In this document: positions 19,354-28,755 of the stretch, piece after piece
How the letters are laid out: the number at the start of each line of letters is the position of its first letter
How positions within the stretch are numbered: the first letter of the stretch is position 1
NCBI GenBank assembly: GCA_963815115.1
Contig: CAWFFN010000009.1
Location: 192,001-256,000, forward strand
Reading direction: 5' to 3'
Origin: an uncultured delta proteobacterium
GTDB lineage: Bacteria > Desulfobacterota > Binatia > DP-6
DNA length: 64,000 nucleotides
Translations under genes and position numbers: made by a program
Notes under the pieces: model-generated
Told to the model about the DNA's origin: nothing
What the model saw: only the letters and a program-made list of their open reading frames with translations
The model's database searches: none

Positions 19354-19926
19354 ATGGCCGAGCAGCAGGCACCACCCGAGAACGTGACCCCCGAGCAGTT
19401 CTTCGAGCAGCTCCTGCCCGCGGGTTTCGCGGCCCAGAAGGAGGGCGGCGCCACCGTGCCGCAGGACTTCAGCATGCAGTACAACGTCACCGGCTCCGGC
19501 GGCGGCGACTGGCACGTCGAGATCAAGGACGGGAAGATGACCACGAAGAAGGGCAGCGCCGACGCCGTCCTCACCTTCAAGCTCTCGATCGACGACTTCC
19601 TCGACGCCGTCCTCTCCCGCAACGGCGCGGCGCCGGCGGTGCTGCTGCCGGCGAACCGCCCGGGCCGCCCCGACAACAGCGGGCGTGCCAAGACGCTGAA
19701 GGGGACCATCGCACAGGAGCTGGCGCGCGAGGGCGCCGACCCGTTCAAGCTCGAGATGACCTTCAACGGCGCCGCCACGCCGCGCACGGTGCTCAAGATG
19801 AAGCTGGCCGACTTCGTGGCGATGCAGGAGGGACGGCTGAACGGGCAGGAGGCGTTCATGACCGGCCGGCTGCGCATCGAGGGCGACATGGCCTTCATGA
19901 TGCAGGTGGCCGCGCTCACGGCCTGA
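19354..19926 (+). CDS. SCP2 sterol-binding domain protein (tandem SCP2 domains)
   Basis: GGGDWHVEIKDG, LNGQEAFMTGRLRIEGDM; RBS GGAGGA. Confidence 0.85.
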   Translation: MAEQQAPPENVTPEQFFEQLLPAGFAAQKEGGATVPQDFSMQYNVTGSGGGDWHVEIKDGKMTTKKGSADAVLTFKLSIDDFLDAVLSRNGAAPAVLLPANRPGRPDNSGRAKTLKGTIAQELAREGADPFKLEMTFNGAATPRTVLKMKLADFVAMQEGRLNGQEAFMTGRLRIEGDMAFMMQVAALTA

Positions 19927-19928
19927 TC

Positions 19929-20546
19929 CTGCACGAACGCCTGCTCACCATCGGCGCGGCGCCTCGCGCGCTCGAGGCGCTGCTCGCCGCTCCGTCGACC
20001 GCGCCACTCGGCGCCGCGGTGGTCTGCCATCCGCATCCCGAGTACGGCGGCGAGATGCACACCCCGGTGGTCGAGGCGACCGCGCGGGCGCTGGTGGGCG
20101 CTGGCTGGACGACGCTGCGCTTCAACTTCGGCGGCGTGGGGCGCAGCGGCGGCTCGTACAGCGGCGGCCCGGAAGAGGTCCGCGACGTGGCCACCGCGCT
20201 GCACGCCGTGGCCGACGTCGTCCCGCCCGGTACGCCGCGACTCGTCGCGGGCTACTCCTTCGGAGCCTGGGCCGGCGCCATGGCGGCTCGCGACTTCGAC
20301 GGCCTGCATCGAGTTGTCGCGGTGGCGCCGCCGCTCGCGTTCTTCGACTGGCGCTTCGCCGAGACCCTGCGAGCGCCGCTGGTCGTGGTCGTCGGGGACC
20401 GCGACCAGTACTGTCCGCGAACCCGGCTGGCCGACCTGATGGCGAGCTGTGGCGGTCGTGCCAGGCTCACGACCATCGCCGGCGGCGATCATTTCCTGGC
20501 CGGACGCGAGGACGACGTGGCCGCGGCGGTGCGCGCCGCCCTCTGA
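19929..20546 (+). CDS. Alpha/beta hydrolase (CHPHP type)
   Basis: VCHPHPEYGG, RFNFGGVGRS, GYSFG, GDRD, GDHF; frame open upstream of the called GTG at 20019, so start is uncertain. Confidence 0.82.
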   Translation: MHERLLTIGAAPRALEALLAAPSTAPLGAAVVCHPHPEYGGEMHTPVVEATARALVGAGWTTLRFNFGGVGRSGGSYSGGPEEVRDVATALHAVADVVPPGTPRLVAGYSFGAWAGAMAARDFDGLHRVVAVAPPLAFFDWRFAETLRAPLVVVVGDRDQYCPRTRLADLMASCGGRARLTTIAGGDHFLAGREDDVAAAVRAAL

Positions 20547-20565
20547 GAGGCCAGCGCGACCGGCA

Positions 20566-21129
20566 ATGCTCCCCGAGGGCTTCACCTTGGTACCGGGCGT
20601 GTTCGACCCGGCGGTCGGCTCGGCGCACCTCGTCGCCCTCCTGGACGAGCTCGCCTGGGAATCCCAGCAGTTCACGATCTACGGCCGCACCATGCCGATG
20701 CCGCGCCTCATCGCCATGTATGGACCGGCCGGCTACCGCTACTCGGGGGTCGTGCACCCTCCGCGCGCGCTGACGCCGCGCCTCGAGTCGATCGGTCGCT
20801 CCGTCACCGCAGTCACGGGCCGAGCCTTCAACTCCGTGCTCGCCAACCTCTACCGCGACGGCCGCGACTCCGTGGGATGGCACCGCGACAGCGACTACCT
20901 CCACGGCGGCCAGCCGGACATCGCGTCGGTGAGCTTCGGGGCGACACGCACCTTCGAGCTCCGCGATGCCGACGGACGGGAGCGCTGTGCGCTCGAGATC
21001 GAATCCGGGAGCGTGCTCCTCATGACCGGCACGGCCGTCGCGCGCTGGTGGCACCGCGTGCCGAAGACGCGCACGGCCGTCGGGCCGCGCGTGAACCTGA
21101 CGTTCCGCCACATGGTCGCGCACGCGTGA
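20566..21129 (+). CDS. AlkB-like 2OG-Fe(II) dioxygenase
   Basis: NLYRDGRDSVGWHRD (HxD), HRVPK, RVNLTFR. Confidence 0.9.
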   Translation: MLPEGFTLVPGVFDPAVGSAHLVALLDELAWESQQFTIYGRTMPMPRLIAMYGPAGYRYSGVVHPPRALTPRLESIGRSVTAVTGRAFNSVLANLYRDGRDSVGWHRDSDYLHGGQPDIASVSFGATRTFELRDADGRERCALEIESGSVLLMTGTAVARWWHRVPKTRTAVGPRVNLTFRHMVAHA

Positions 21130-21227
21130 GCCGGGCGCCGGATCGGCGCGTGCTGATCGTCAGCGGCCCCGGGTCGTAGGCGGTACGAGGACCAGCTCTC
21201 CCAAGGGCGCGCGCGGACGGGCCGTCG

Positions 21228-22481
21228 TCAGCCCGTCACCTCGGCGAGCCGTCGCTCAAGGAACCGGCGCTCCGCCTCCTGGCGGGTGAGGACGAGAGCA
21301 CGCTCGTAGGACGCTCGCGCCTCCTCCGTCCTTCCCAGGCGCCGGCACAGGTCGGCACGCGCCGAATGGGCGAAGCGGTACTCCGCCAGCTCGCCGCGGG
21401 CGAGCAGGGCATCGATGAGGACGAGACCGGCGAGAGGACCGTCACGCATGGCCACGGCCACCGCGCGGTTGAGCTCGACCACCGGCGACGGACCCGTCCG
21501 CAGGAGCACGTCGTACAGGCCGACGATCTGCGCCCAGTCCGTCGCGGCGGCGGCGGGTGCCGCCGCGTGGAGCGCGGCGATGGCCGCCTGCACCGTGTAC
21601 CGTCCGAACCGTCGCGATGCCAGGGCCCGCTCCACCAGCGCCACCCCCTCGGCGATCATTCCCCGATCCCACAGCGCACGATCCTGATCGTCGAGCAGGA
21701 TCAGCTCGCCGGTGGGCGACGTGCGCGCGCCGCGCCGGGATTCGTGCAGCAGCATCAGCGCCAGGAGTCCCATCGTCTCGGGCTCGGGCAGGAGATCGAG
21801 CAGCAGCTTCCCCAGGCGGATGGCCTCGCCGGAGAGATCGGCGCGCGTCAGCGATCCTCCGAGCGACGCGGAGTACCCCTCGTTGAAGACGAGGTAGATC
21901 ACGTGCAGGACGGTGTGCAGGCGGTCCGCGAGCTCGCTGCGCGCCGGTACCTGGTAGGGGATGCGCGCATCGCGGATCTTGGACTTGGCGCGCACGATCC
22001 GCTGCGCCACCGTGGGCGCTCCGGTGAGAAAGGCGCGCGCGATCTCCTCGGTGGTGAGGCCGCAGATCTCCCTCAGCGTCAGCGCCACCTGCGCGTCCGG
22101 CGGCAGGGCGGGATGGCAGCAGGTGAAGATCAGCCGGAGGCGGTCGTCTTCCACGTCGTCGACCTCTCGCGTCGCGGGATCGGCGCCCGCGGCATTGAGG
22201 CGCTCCGCGACGTCGCCGAGCGTGGCGTCGAAGCGAGCGCGGCGCCGGAGGGCGTCGATCGCCTTGAAGCGACCGGTCGAGACCAGCCACGCGCGCGGGT
22301 TGGCGGGGACGCCATCACGCGGCCACTGCTCGACGGCCGCCCTGAACGCATCGTGCAGCGCCTCCTCGGCGAGATCGAAGTCACCGAGCAGCCGGATGAG
22401 CGTGGCGAGGACGCGACGGGAATCCGAACGATAGACGGCGTCGACCTGCCGGCGCGCCAGCTCGACCGTATCCCCGTTCAC
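21228..22481 (-). CDS. ECF42-type RNA polymerase sigma factor with C-terminal TPR-like extension
   Basis: DDRLRLIFTCCHPAL, GLTTEEIARAF, YLVFNEGY, SPVVELNRAVA; follows a YciI/DGPF gene. Confidence 0.9.
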   Translation of the reverse strand: MNGDTVELARRQVDAVYRSDSRRVLATLIRLLGDFDLAEEALHDAFRAAVEQWPRDGVPANPRAWLVSTGRFKAIDALRRRARFDATLGDVAERLNAAGADPATREVDDVEDDRLRLIFTCCHPALPPDAQVALTLREICGLTTEEIARAFLTGAPTVAQRIVRAKSKIRDARIPYQVPARSELADRLHTVLHVIYLVFNEGYSASLGGSLTRADLSGEAIRLGKLLLDLLPEPETMGLLALMLLHESRRGARTSPTGELILLDDQDRALWDRGMIAEGVALVERALASRRFGRYTVQAAIAALHAAAPAAAATDWAQIVGLYDVLLRTGPSPVVELNRAVAVAMRDGPLAGLVLIDALLARGELAEYRFAHSARADLCRRLGRTEEARASYERALVLTRQEAERRFLERRLAEVTG

Positions 22482-22486
22482 GGCGG

Positions 22487-22837
22487 CTATTTGAGCTCCT
22501 TCACCGGACGAACCTCGATACCTCCCAGACGGGCCGGCGGGATCTTCGAGGCGATCTGGATCGCTTCGTTCAGGTCGCGCGCCTCGATGAGGACGAAGCC
22601 GCCGAGCCGCTCCTTCGTCTCGACGAAGGGACCATCGGTGGTGGAGACCTTCCCGTCCCGGACGCGCAGGCTCGTGGCCGTGTGTGCCGGCTGCAGGGCG
22701 TTGGCGGCGATGAAATGGCCGCCGCGCCGGAGCTCCTCGTCGTACGCGAGCGCCTCGGCGCTCAGCGCTTCGTGCTGGCTCCTGGTCATGGATTCGAGCG
22801 TCGCCTCGTCGACCCAGACCGTACACAGATACTTCAT
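22487..22837 (-). CDS. YciI/DGPF family protein
   Basis: TTDGPFVETKERLGGF, IEVRP; RBS GGAGGAGG. Confidence 0.92.
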   Translation of the reverse strand: MKYLCTVWVDEATLESMTRSQHEALSAEALAYDEELRRGGHFIAANALQPAHTATSLRVRDGKVSTTDGPFVETKERLGGFVLIEARDLNEAIQIASKIPPARLGGIEVRPVKELK

Positions 22838-22883
22838 CGCGCCTCCTCCATCTATGGTGCGAGCGGGGTGTAGATACCAGATG

Positions 22884-22910
22884 GTCGTTCGAGCCGCCGA
22901 CATTTCGACG
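22884..22910 (-). promoter_or_regulatory. Putative ECF42 promoter (CGTCGA-N17-CGAC)
   Basis: Minus strand cgtcga-aatgtcggcggctcgaa-cgac, ~45 bp upstream of the YciI-ECF42 operon; one mismatch to TGTCGA. Confidence 0.6.
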
Positions 22911-22991
22911 GGGCGCCGCTCGCGCGGGTTGACGCACGTGGTCCCGGGACGTAAGGCCGCGAACAGTGGACGATCCGAGCACGGCACGATC

Positions 22992-25900
22992 GTGACCTGC
23001 CCAGGCTGCGGACGCACGAGCCGACCCGGAGCCCGGTTCTGCAGCGGCTGCGGGACCTCGCTCGCCCCGCGCTGCCCGGCCTGCGACGCCGAGAACGAGG
23101 CCGACGCACGGTTCTGCGACGCCTGCGGCAGCGCCCTCTCGACGGTGGCCGCCCGCGACACCGTCGCCCGCAAGGTCGTCACCATCGTCTTCGCCGATCT
23201 GATCGGATCGACCTCGCTCCACGAGCGCCTCGACCCGGAGTCGGTCAACCGGATCATGGCGCGCTACCATCGCGCCGTCCGCGCTCCGGTCGAGGCCCAC
23301 GGCGGCACCGTGGTGCAGCGGCTCGGCGACGGCGTCATGTGCGCCTTCGGCGTGCCGCGGGTCGCCGAGGACGACGCCATCCGGGCGGTGCATGCCGCGG
23401 TCGCGATGCATCGCGCCTTCCGCGAGCTCGTCGAGGAGGAGCGCGCGGTGCTCGGCGGCGTCGGGCTCCGCGTCGCGGTCAACACCGGCGAGGTGGTGGT
23501 CACGGACGAGTACACCGCCGGGATCGGCGATCCCCTGAACGTCGCGGCGCGCCTGCAGCAGGAAGCTCGCGACGGCGACGTCCTCATCGGCGAGGCGACG
23601 GAGCGCCTGGTCCGCGACCAGGTCACGCTGGCCCGCGTGGGCACCTTCGCGCTCAAGGGGCGCGCCGAGACGGTGACGGCGTATCGCGTGGTCTCGCTGG
23701 ATCGCCCTGCGGGCGCAGCGACCGCCGCCTTCGTCGGCCGCGAGGACGAGCTCCGCCGCATCGCGGACGTCTACGAGGCCGCCGTCGCCGCGCCCGGCGC
23801 ACGGCTCGTCGTGATCCTGGGAGCGCCGGGTCTGGGCAAGTCGCGCCTGCTCGCGGAGCAGGCGCGCCGGCTCGAGTCGCGAGCGGTCGTCCTCACCGCC
23901 CGCTGTGAGGCCGCCGGTGGCCCGACGTTCGCGCCGCTCGCCGATGTCCTGCGGACGGTGCTCGGCGTCGGCGACGGCCCGGCCGATGACGCCATCCGGG
24001 CCGCCGTCACGGCGGTCCTGCCGGGCGACGAATCGCCCCGCATCGCCGACGGCATAGTGGCGCTTCTCGCCGGGCGCCCGGGATCGCCCGAGGAGACATT
24101 CTTCGTCATCCGCCGCCTCCTCGCGGCCGTCGCGGCGGCGCAGCCGGTGGTGCTCGCGATCGACGACCTGCAATGGGCGGAGCCGCTGCTCCTCGATCTG
24201 ACCGAGCACCTCGTGCAGTGGAGCACCAGCGTCCCGCTGCTCGTCCTGGCTGCCGCGCGCCCGGAGCTGCGCGACGTTCGCCCGTCGCTCACCGTGCCCG
24301 GCGGTCTCGTGGCCGACGTGGTGACGCTCGCCGGGCTCGACGCCGGCGCCGCGACGCGTCTCGCCGCGAACGTGATCGGCGCCGACGAGCTGCCCGCCGC
24401 GATCGCGGGTCGGGTCCTGGCGGCCAGCGAAGGCAATCCGCTCTTCGTCGGCGAGCTCGTGCGCATGCTCGTGCACGACGGCGCGCTCCGCCGGGAAGGC
24501 ACCCGCTGGACCATGGGGGTCGAGCTGGCCGACCTCGAGATGCCCCCAACCATCCACGCCCTCCTGGCGGCGCGCATCGAACGCCTCCATCACGACGACC
24601 GCAGCGTGCTCGAACGTGCCGCCGTCGTCGGACGGCAGTTCTCACGCGCCGCGATCGCGCACCTGGTGCCGCGCGAGATCGCGGACCTCGACGCCCGGCT
24701 GGAGTCGCTGCAGCGCAGCGAACTGATCGAGCCCGACGCGGCCTGGCTCTTCGGCGAGCCAGCGCTGCGCTTCCACCACAACCTGATCCGGGACGCCGCC
24801 TACCGTCGCCTGCTCAAGGGCACGCGAGCGGAGCTGCACGGCCGGGTCGCCGACTGGCTCGAGCTGCGCGCCGGTCACGCCGCCGAGCACGACGAGACCA
24901 TCGGGTGGCATCTCGAGCAGGCCCACCAGCACCTGCGCGAGCTCGGGCCGCTCGACGAACACGGCCGCGCGCTGGGCGAGCGCGCCGCGCGGTACCTCGG
25001 TGCGGCGGGCCGTCGGGCGCTTGCCCGTGACGACCTGTCGCTGGCCGCGAGCCTGCTCGGCCGCGCCATCGAGCGGCTCGACGCCGGAGACCCTGCCCGG
25101 GCCGACCTCGCCCTCGACTGGTGCGAGGCGCTGCTGGCCGCCGGCGACGTCGCTCCGGCGGCGAGCGCGATCGGCGAGCTCGCGCGATTCACCGGGAGCT
25201 CGGATCGCCTGGCGGCGTGGCACACGTGCTTCGCCGGACAGCTCGCCATCCTGACGGATCCGCAGACGCTGCGGGCCACGGCGGGAGCGGTAGCCAGCGC
25301 GGCCGACGTGCTCGGCGCGGCGGGGGACGCCGCCGGCGAGGCCAGGGCGCACGCCGTGCACGCGACGGCGCTCGCGCGCCTCGGCGAGTTCGGCGCGTGC
25401 GAGGCCGCGCTCGACCGGGCGCTCGCCGCCGCGCGCAGCGCGCACGATCGCCGGCGCGCGAACGCGATCCTGGCCGGCGCGCCGCAGGCCGCGCTGTGGG
25501 GACCGAGCCCGGTCACGCGTGCGAGCGGGCGCTGCCTCGACGTCGTGCGGGTGCTGCGCATCACGCGGGGCGCGCCGGCGGTCGAGGCCGCGGCGCTGCG
25601 TTGCCAGGCCGTGCTCGAGACGCTGCGCGCGCGTGCCGATGCGGGCCGGAGGATGATCGCGTCGTCACGCCACCTGGTGGAGGAGCTCGGCATCACGCAT
25701 CGGCTGCTCGAAGCCGAGGTGTCCGCCGGGTTGATCGAGCTGCTCGAGGAGGATGCTCCGGCCGCGGAGCGGTCGCTGCGTGCCGCCTACGACGGCCTGC
25801 GCGCCCACGGTCTGGCCATCGATGCGGCGCAGGCCGCGGCCCTGCTCGGCCGGGCGCTCCTGGCCCTCGGCCGCGCCGCCGAGGCGGAGGCCCTGAGCCA

Positions 25901-27923
25901 CGAGAGCGAGCTGCTCGCGGGCGACGACCTGAAGGCCGCCATCGCGTGGCGAGGCGTGCGGGCCGAGGCGCTCGCCCGGCGCGGCGAGCATGCGGCGGCG
26001 ATCGACCTGGCCCGCGCCGCCGTCGAGATCGCCGCCGCCACCGACGCGCTGCTCGATCACGCCGACGCCCGGCATGCGCTCGCGGTCGCCTTGCGGGCGG
26101 CCGCCCGCGACGAGGAGGCGGACGTCGAGGAGGGGCGAGCGATCGAGCTGTGGGAGGCGAAGGGAGCCACGCTGCTCGCGGAGCGTGCCCGCCGTCGCGG
26201 CCGTGCGGGGGTCTCGCGTGCCGCGCCGGTCGCCGACGCTCCGGCCGCCCCGCCGGCCCCGCGATTCGTCAACGCCGTCTGTCGCCTGCAGGCCGAGCTC
26301 GAGCGGCGCTGGCGGGAGCGCGACTGGGACGGGATAGTCGCGACGTTCGGGCCCGCGCCCCACCTCGAGAACCGTCGCTGGCTCGTCCGCATCGACCTCG
26401 GCGGGGACGATTTCTTCGCTAACCTGCGCCTGCTCTTCGCGACGCCGTCGGGCGCATGGCACACCGAGCCGCTCGCGACCCGCGGCGAGCGGCTGGCGCT
26501 CTTCCGGGTGCGGTTCACCGGCGAGATCGGGCCCGGCGGGACGATGGCCGAGGAGCATCTCGCGGTCGTCGAGCACGACGAGTCCGGCCGTCGCGTCTCG
26601 TTCGTCACCTTCGACCCGGGCGAACTCGGCGCCGCCCACGAGGAGCTCGACCGGCGCTTCGCCGCCGGCGAAGGCGCGCCTCATGCCGAATTCCTCGCGC
26701 ACCACGGGGCCTTCCGGCGAGCCGCCGCGGCGCGCGATCGGGACGCCTTGCTGCGCCTGCTGCCCGCGGACTTCACGCTCCTGAGCCATCGCCGCCTCGC
26801 CAACACCGGCGCGCGCATGACGCGCGAGGAGTACGTTGCGAGCCTCGCCGTGATGGACGAGCTCGCCGTCAGCGCGGACATCCGTTTGGACCACATCCTG
26901 CGGCTGTGCGCCACGGCGATCATCGGTGTATCGACCTTCAGCGGCACGGCGCGTGGCGGCGACTTCGAGAATGCGACCGTCTTCGTGGGCAGGCAGGACG
27001 GCCACGTGCTCCACGGCTGGGAGCTCTTCGACCTCGAGCAGCTCGATGCGGCGCGGGCGCGGTACGACGAGCTGGCCGACGAGCGTCCTGCTGCCCGGCG
27101 CTTCGAGAACGCGGCCACGCGTGCGGCGGACCGGCTGCACGAGGTCCGGACGACTCGCGATGCCCACCGGCTCGGGGCGCTCGTGACCCCTGGCTTCCGG
27201 ATCAGCGATCGGCGCAAGGCAGGCGGCCGGGAGCTCGGTCGCGAGGAATCGATCCCCGCCGTCTGCGCCGGCTCGCCGCCCGGCCGGCGCGACACGCTCG
27301 CGACGCGCGGGGACCGCCTCGCGCTGGCGCGTGAGCATCCGGACATCGGTGAAGGCGCCGCTCGGCCCGACGCGACCGGCTGGCTCGAGATCGTCGAGGT
27401 GGACGCTGCCGGCAGGCCGGCGAGGCTGACCCTGTTCGACGAGGAGGACCTCGACGCGGCCAGCGCCGAGCTCGATGAGCGCTACGAGGAAGGCGAGGCC
27501 GCTGCCTACGGGCACGCGGCGATGACCCGTGCGTTCCGCAGCGCCCTCGCCGCACGCGAATGGGACACCCTGGCGACGCTGCTCGCGCCCGACCTGGTCG
27601 TCGAGGACCACCGGCTCCTGGGCTGGGAGACGCTGCATGGCGCAGGGGAATACGTCGAGGCATTGCGGTCGCTCGTGGAGCTGGCGCCCGACGTTCGCCT
27701 TCGGCTCGACCACGTCGTCGGCATGTCCGATCGCGCGGTCATCTATGCTCCCGCGTGGGTCGGTACTCGCGAGGGGGGAGCGTTCGAGGACCCCAGCATG
27801 GTCGTGGCGGAATTCGATGCGCTGCATCGCATCCGTCGCTTCGACCAGTACGGCGCCGACGAGATCGTCGAGGCCCGGGCGCGCTTCGACGGCATCGGCT
27901 CGGGGCCACCGCGCGACGGCTAG
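22992..27923 (+). CDS. Multidomain protein: double zinc ribbon, class III nucleotide cyclase, STAND AAA ATPase, TPR-like helices, ~4 SnoaL/NTF2-like repeats
   Basis: CPGC..FCSGCG..CPAC..FCDACG; FADLIGST, LGDG, GDPLNVAARL; Walker A GAPGLGKS, Walker B IDDLQWA, GNPLF; repeated LATRGxRLAL. Confidence 0.88.
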   Translation: MTCPGCGRTSRPGARFCSGCGTSLAPRCPACDAENEADARFCDACGSALSTVAARDTVARKVVTIVFADLIGSTSLHERLDPESVNRIMARYHRAVRAPVEAHGGTVVQRLGDGVMCAFGVPRVAEDDAIRAVHAAVAMHRAFRELVEEERAVLGGVGLRVAVNTGEVVVTDEYTAGIGDPLNVAARLQQEARDGDVLIGEATERLVRDQVTLARVGTFALKGRAETVTAYRVVSLDRPAGAATAAFVGREDELRRIADVYEAAVAAPGARLVVILGAPGLGKSRLLAEQARRLESRAVVLTARCEAAGGPTFAPLADVLRTVLGVGDGPADDAIRAAVTAVLPGDESPRIADGIVALLAGRPGSPEETFFVIRRLLAAVAAAQPVVLAIDDLQWAEPLLLDLTEHLVQWSTSVPLLVLAAARPELRDVRPSLTVPGGLVADVVTLAGLDAGAATRLAANVIGADELPAAIAGRVLAASEGNPLFVGELVRMLVHDGALRREGTRWTMGVELADLEMPPTIHALLAARIERLHHDDRSVLERAAVVGRQFSRAAIAHLVPREIADLDARLESLQRSELIEPDAAWLFGEPALRFHHNLIRDAAYRRLLKGTRAELHGRVADWLELRAGHAAEHDETIGWHLEQAHQHLRELGPLDEHGRALGERAARYLGAAGRRALARDDLSLAASLLGRAIERLDAGDPARADLALDWCEALLAAGDVAPAASAIGELARFTGSSDRLAAWHTCFAGQLAILTDPQTLRATAGAVASAADVLGAAGDAAGEARAHAVHATALARLGEFGACEAALDRALAAARSAHDRRRANAILAGAPQAALWGPSPVTRASGRCLDVVRVLRITRGAPAVEAAALRCQAVLETLRARADAGRRMIASSRHLVEELGITHRLLEAEVSAGLIELLEEDAPAAERSLRAAYDGLRAHGLAIDAAQAAALLGRALLALGRAAEAEALSHESELLAGDDLKAAIAWRGVRAEALARRGEHAAAIDLARAAVEIAAATDALLDHADARHALAVALRAAARDEEADVEEGRAIELWEAKGATLLAERARRRGRAGVSRAAPVADAPAAPPAPRFVNAVCRLQAELERRWRERDWDGIVATFGPAPHLENRRWLVRIDLGGDDFFANLRLLFATPSGAWHTEPLATRGERLALFRVRFTGEIGPGGTMAEEHLAVVEHDESGRRVSFVTFDPGELGAAHEELDRRFAAGEGAPHAEFLAHHGAFRRAAAARDRDALLRLLPADFTLLSHRRLANTGARMTREEYVASLAVMDELAVSADIRLDHILRLCATAIIGVSTFSGTARGGDFENATVFVGRQDGHVLHGWELFDLEQLDAARARYDELADERPAARRFENAATRAADRLHEVRTTRDAHRLGALVTPGFRISDRRKAGGRELGREESIPAVCAGSPPGRRDTLATRGDRLALAREHPDIGEGAARPDATGWLEIVEVDAAGRPARLTLFDEEDLDAASAELDERYEEGEAAAYGHAAMTRAFRSALAAREWDTLATLLAPDLVVEDHRLLGWETLHGAGEYVEALRSLVELAPDVRLRLDHVVGMSDRAVIYAPAWVGTREGGAFEDPSMVVAEFDALHRIRRFDQYGADEIVEARARFDGIGSGPPRDG

Positions 27924-28258
27924 CGCGGGACGCGCGTCCGCGGACGTCGGGTGCGTGTCCGGACCACGTGGCGCCGTCGCGCCGCCGCGGGCGGCGCCGC
28001 TCGCGCCGCCCGGAACCAGCGCAGCCAGCGCGTGGTCACGCCAAGGAGGCGCGCGGTGTCCAGGCGGTAGACTCGCTCCCGGCCCCGCTGCGCGACGCGC
28101 ACCAGACCGGCGTCCTCCAGCACCCGGAGATGCCGCGTCGTCGTCGGCCAGCTGCAGCTGAAGCGGTCGGCGATCTCCCCGGCGGTCATCTCGCCGCCGC
28201 GGAATCGGAGCACCAGCAGGACATGGCGTCGCGACGCGTGCGCCAGCGCGGCGAACAC
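27920..28258 (-). CDS. ArsR/SmtB family transcriptional regulator
   Basis: FAALAHASRR..L, TAGEIA..SWPTTTRHLRVLEDAGLV..GRERVYRL; start uncertain. Confidence 0.88.
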   Translation of the reverse strand: MFAALAHASRRHVLLVLRFRGGEMTAGEIADRFSCSWPTTTRHLRVLEDAGLVRVAQRGRERVYRLDTARLLGVTTRWLRWFRAARAAPPAAARRRHVVRTRTRRPRTRVPR

Positions 28259-28283
28259 GTCGTCGACGTCCGCGAGCTCGCGC

Positions 28284-28628
28284 TCAGCGCCGGAATTCGA
28301 CCGCGATGCGCTCGAAATGGGGAAACTCCATCGTTTCGCACAGCGCGCCCATCGGCTCCCAGATCGCCATCACCTCGGGGCTGCGGTGCGCGACCTCCGC
28401 GCTCGCGGCGCTCTTCCAGTCGAAGATCTCGACCAAGACCCCGGCGGGCGCCGCCCGTCCGGCCCCGGGCTTTCCCGGCAGGCCGCGAAAGACGCGTGGC
28501 GGCTCGTCCGTCACCAGGCCTGCCCGGTGCAGCGTCGGCCAGTGTCGGGCGATCAGACGGAGCATCTCGGGCTCCACGGCCGGCTTGAGATGGTACCGGC
28601 ACATCACGGTCTGCGGTTGGTCCTTCAT
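28284..28628 (-). CDS. Small hypothetical protein (possible dimeric alpha/beta barrel, ABM-like)
   Basis: MKDQPQTVMCRYHLKP..VEIFDWKS..AH..PEVMAIW; upstream of and co-oriented with arsR. Confidence 0.6.
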   Translation of the reverse strand: MKDQPQTVMCRYHLKPAVEPEMLRLIARHWPTLHRAGLVTDEPPRVFRGLPGKPGAGRAAPAGVLVEIFDWKSAASAEVAHRSPEVMAIWEPMGALCETMEFPHFERIAVEFRR

Positions 28629-28638
28629 GGGCTGACAT

Positions 28639-28681
28639 TTAGCGGATTGGCTAATGGTGTCAAGATTAGCCGCTCGGCTAA
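28639..28681 (-). promoter_or_regulatory. Two TTAGC-N6-GCTAA palindromes flanking a TTGACA -35 box (probable ArsR operators)
   Basis: TTAGCGGATTGGCTAA (28639-28654) and TTAGCCGCTCGGCTAA (28666-28681); TGTCAA at 28658-28663. Confidence 0.72.
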
Positions 28682-28755
28682 ACGAGTGGTCCTGAGTTCT
28701 TCCCGCGCATTCCCTCTCCTTGGAAAACGCTCGCCGATGTGTCACGGGCAGGCGC

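Noticed and set aside
21228-27923. Overlapping giant ORFs (1121 aa minus, 2185 aa plus) suggesting bidirectional coding
   Set aside because: The N-terminal extensions are antisense shadows typical of high-GC DNA; recognisable domains start at 22481(-) and 22992(+) and do not overlap
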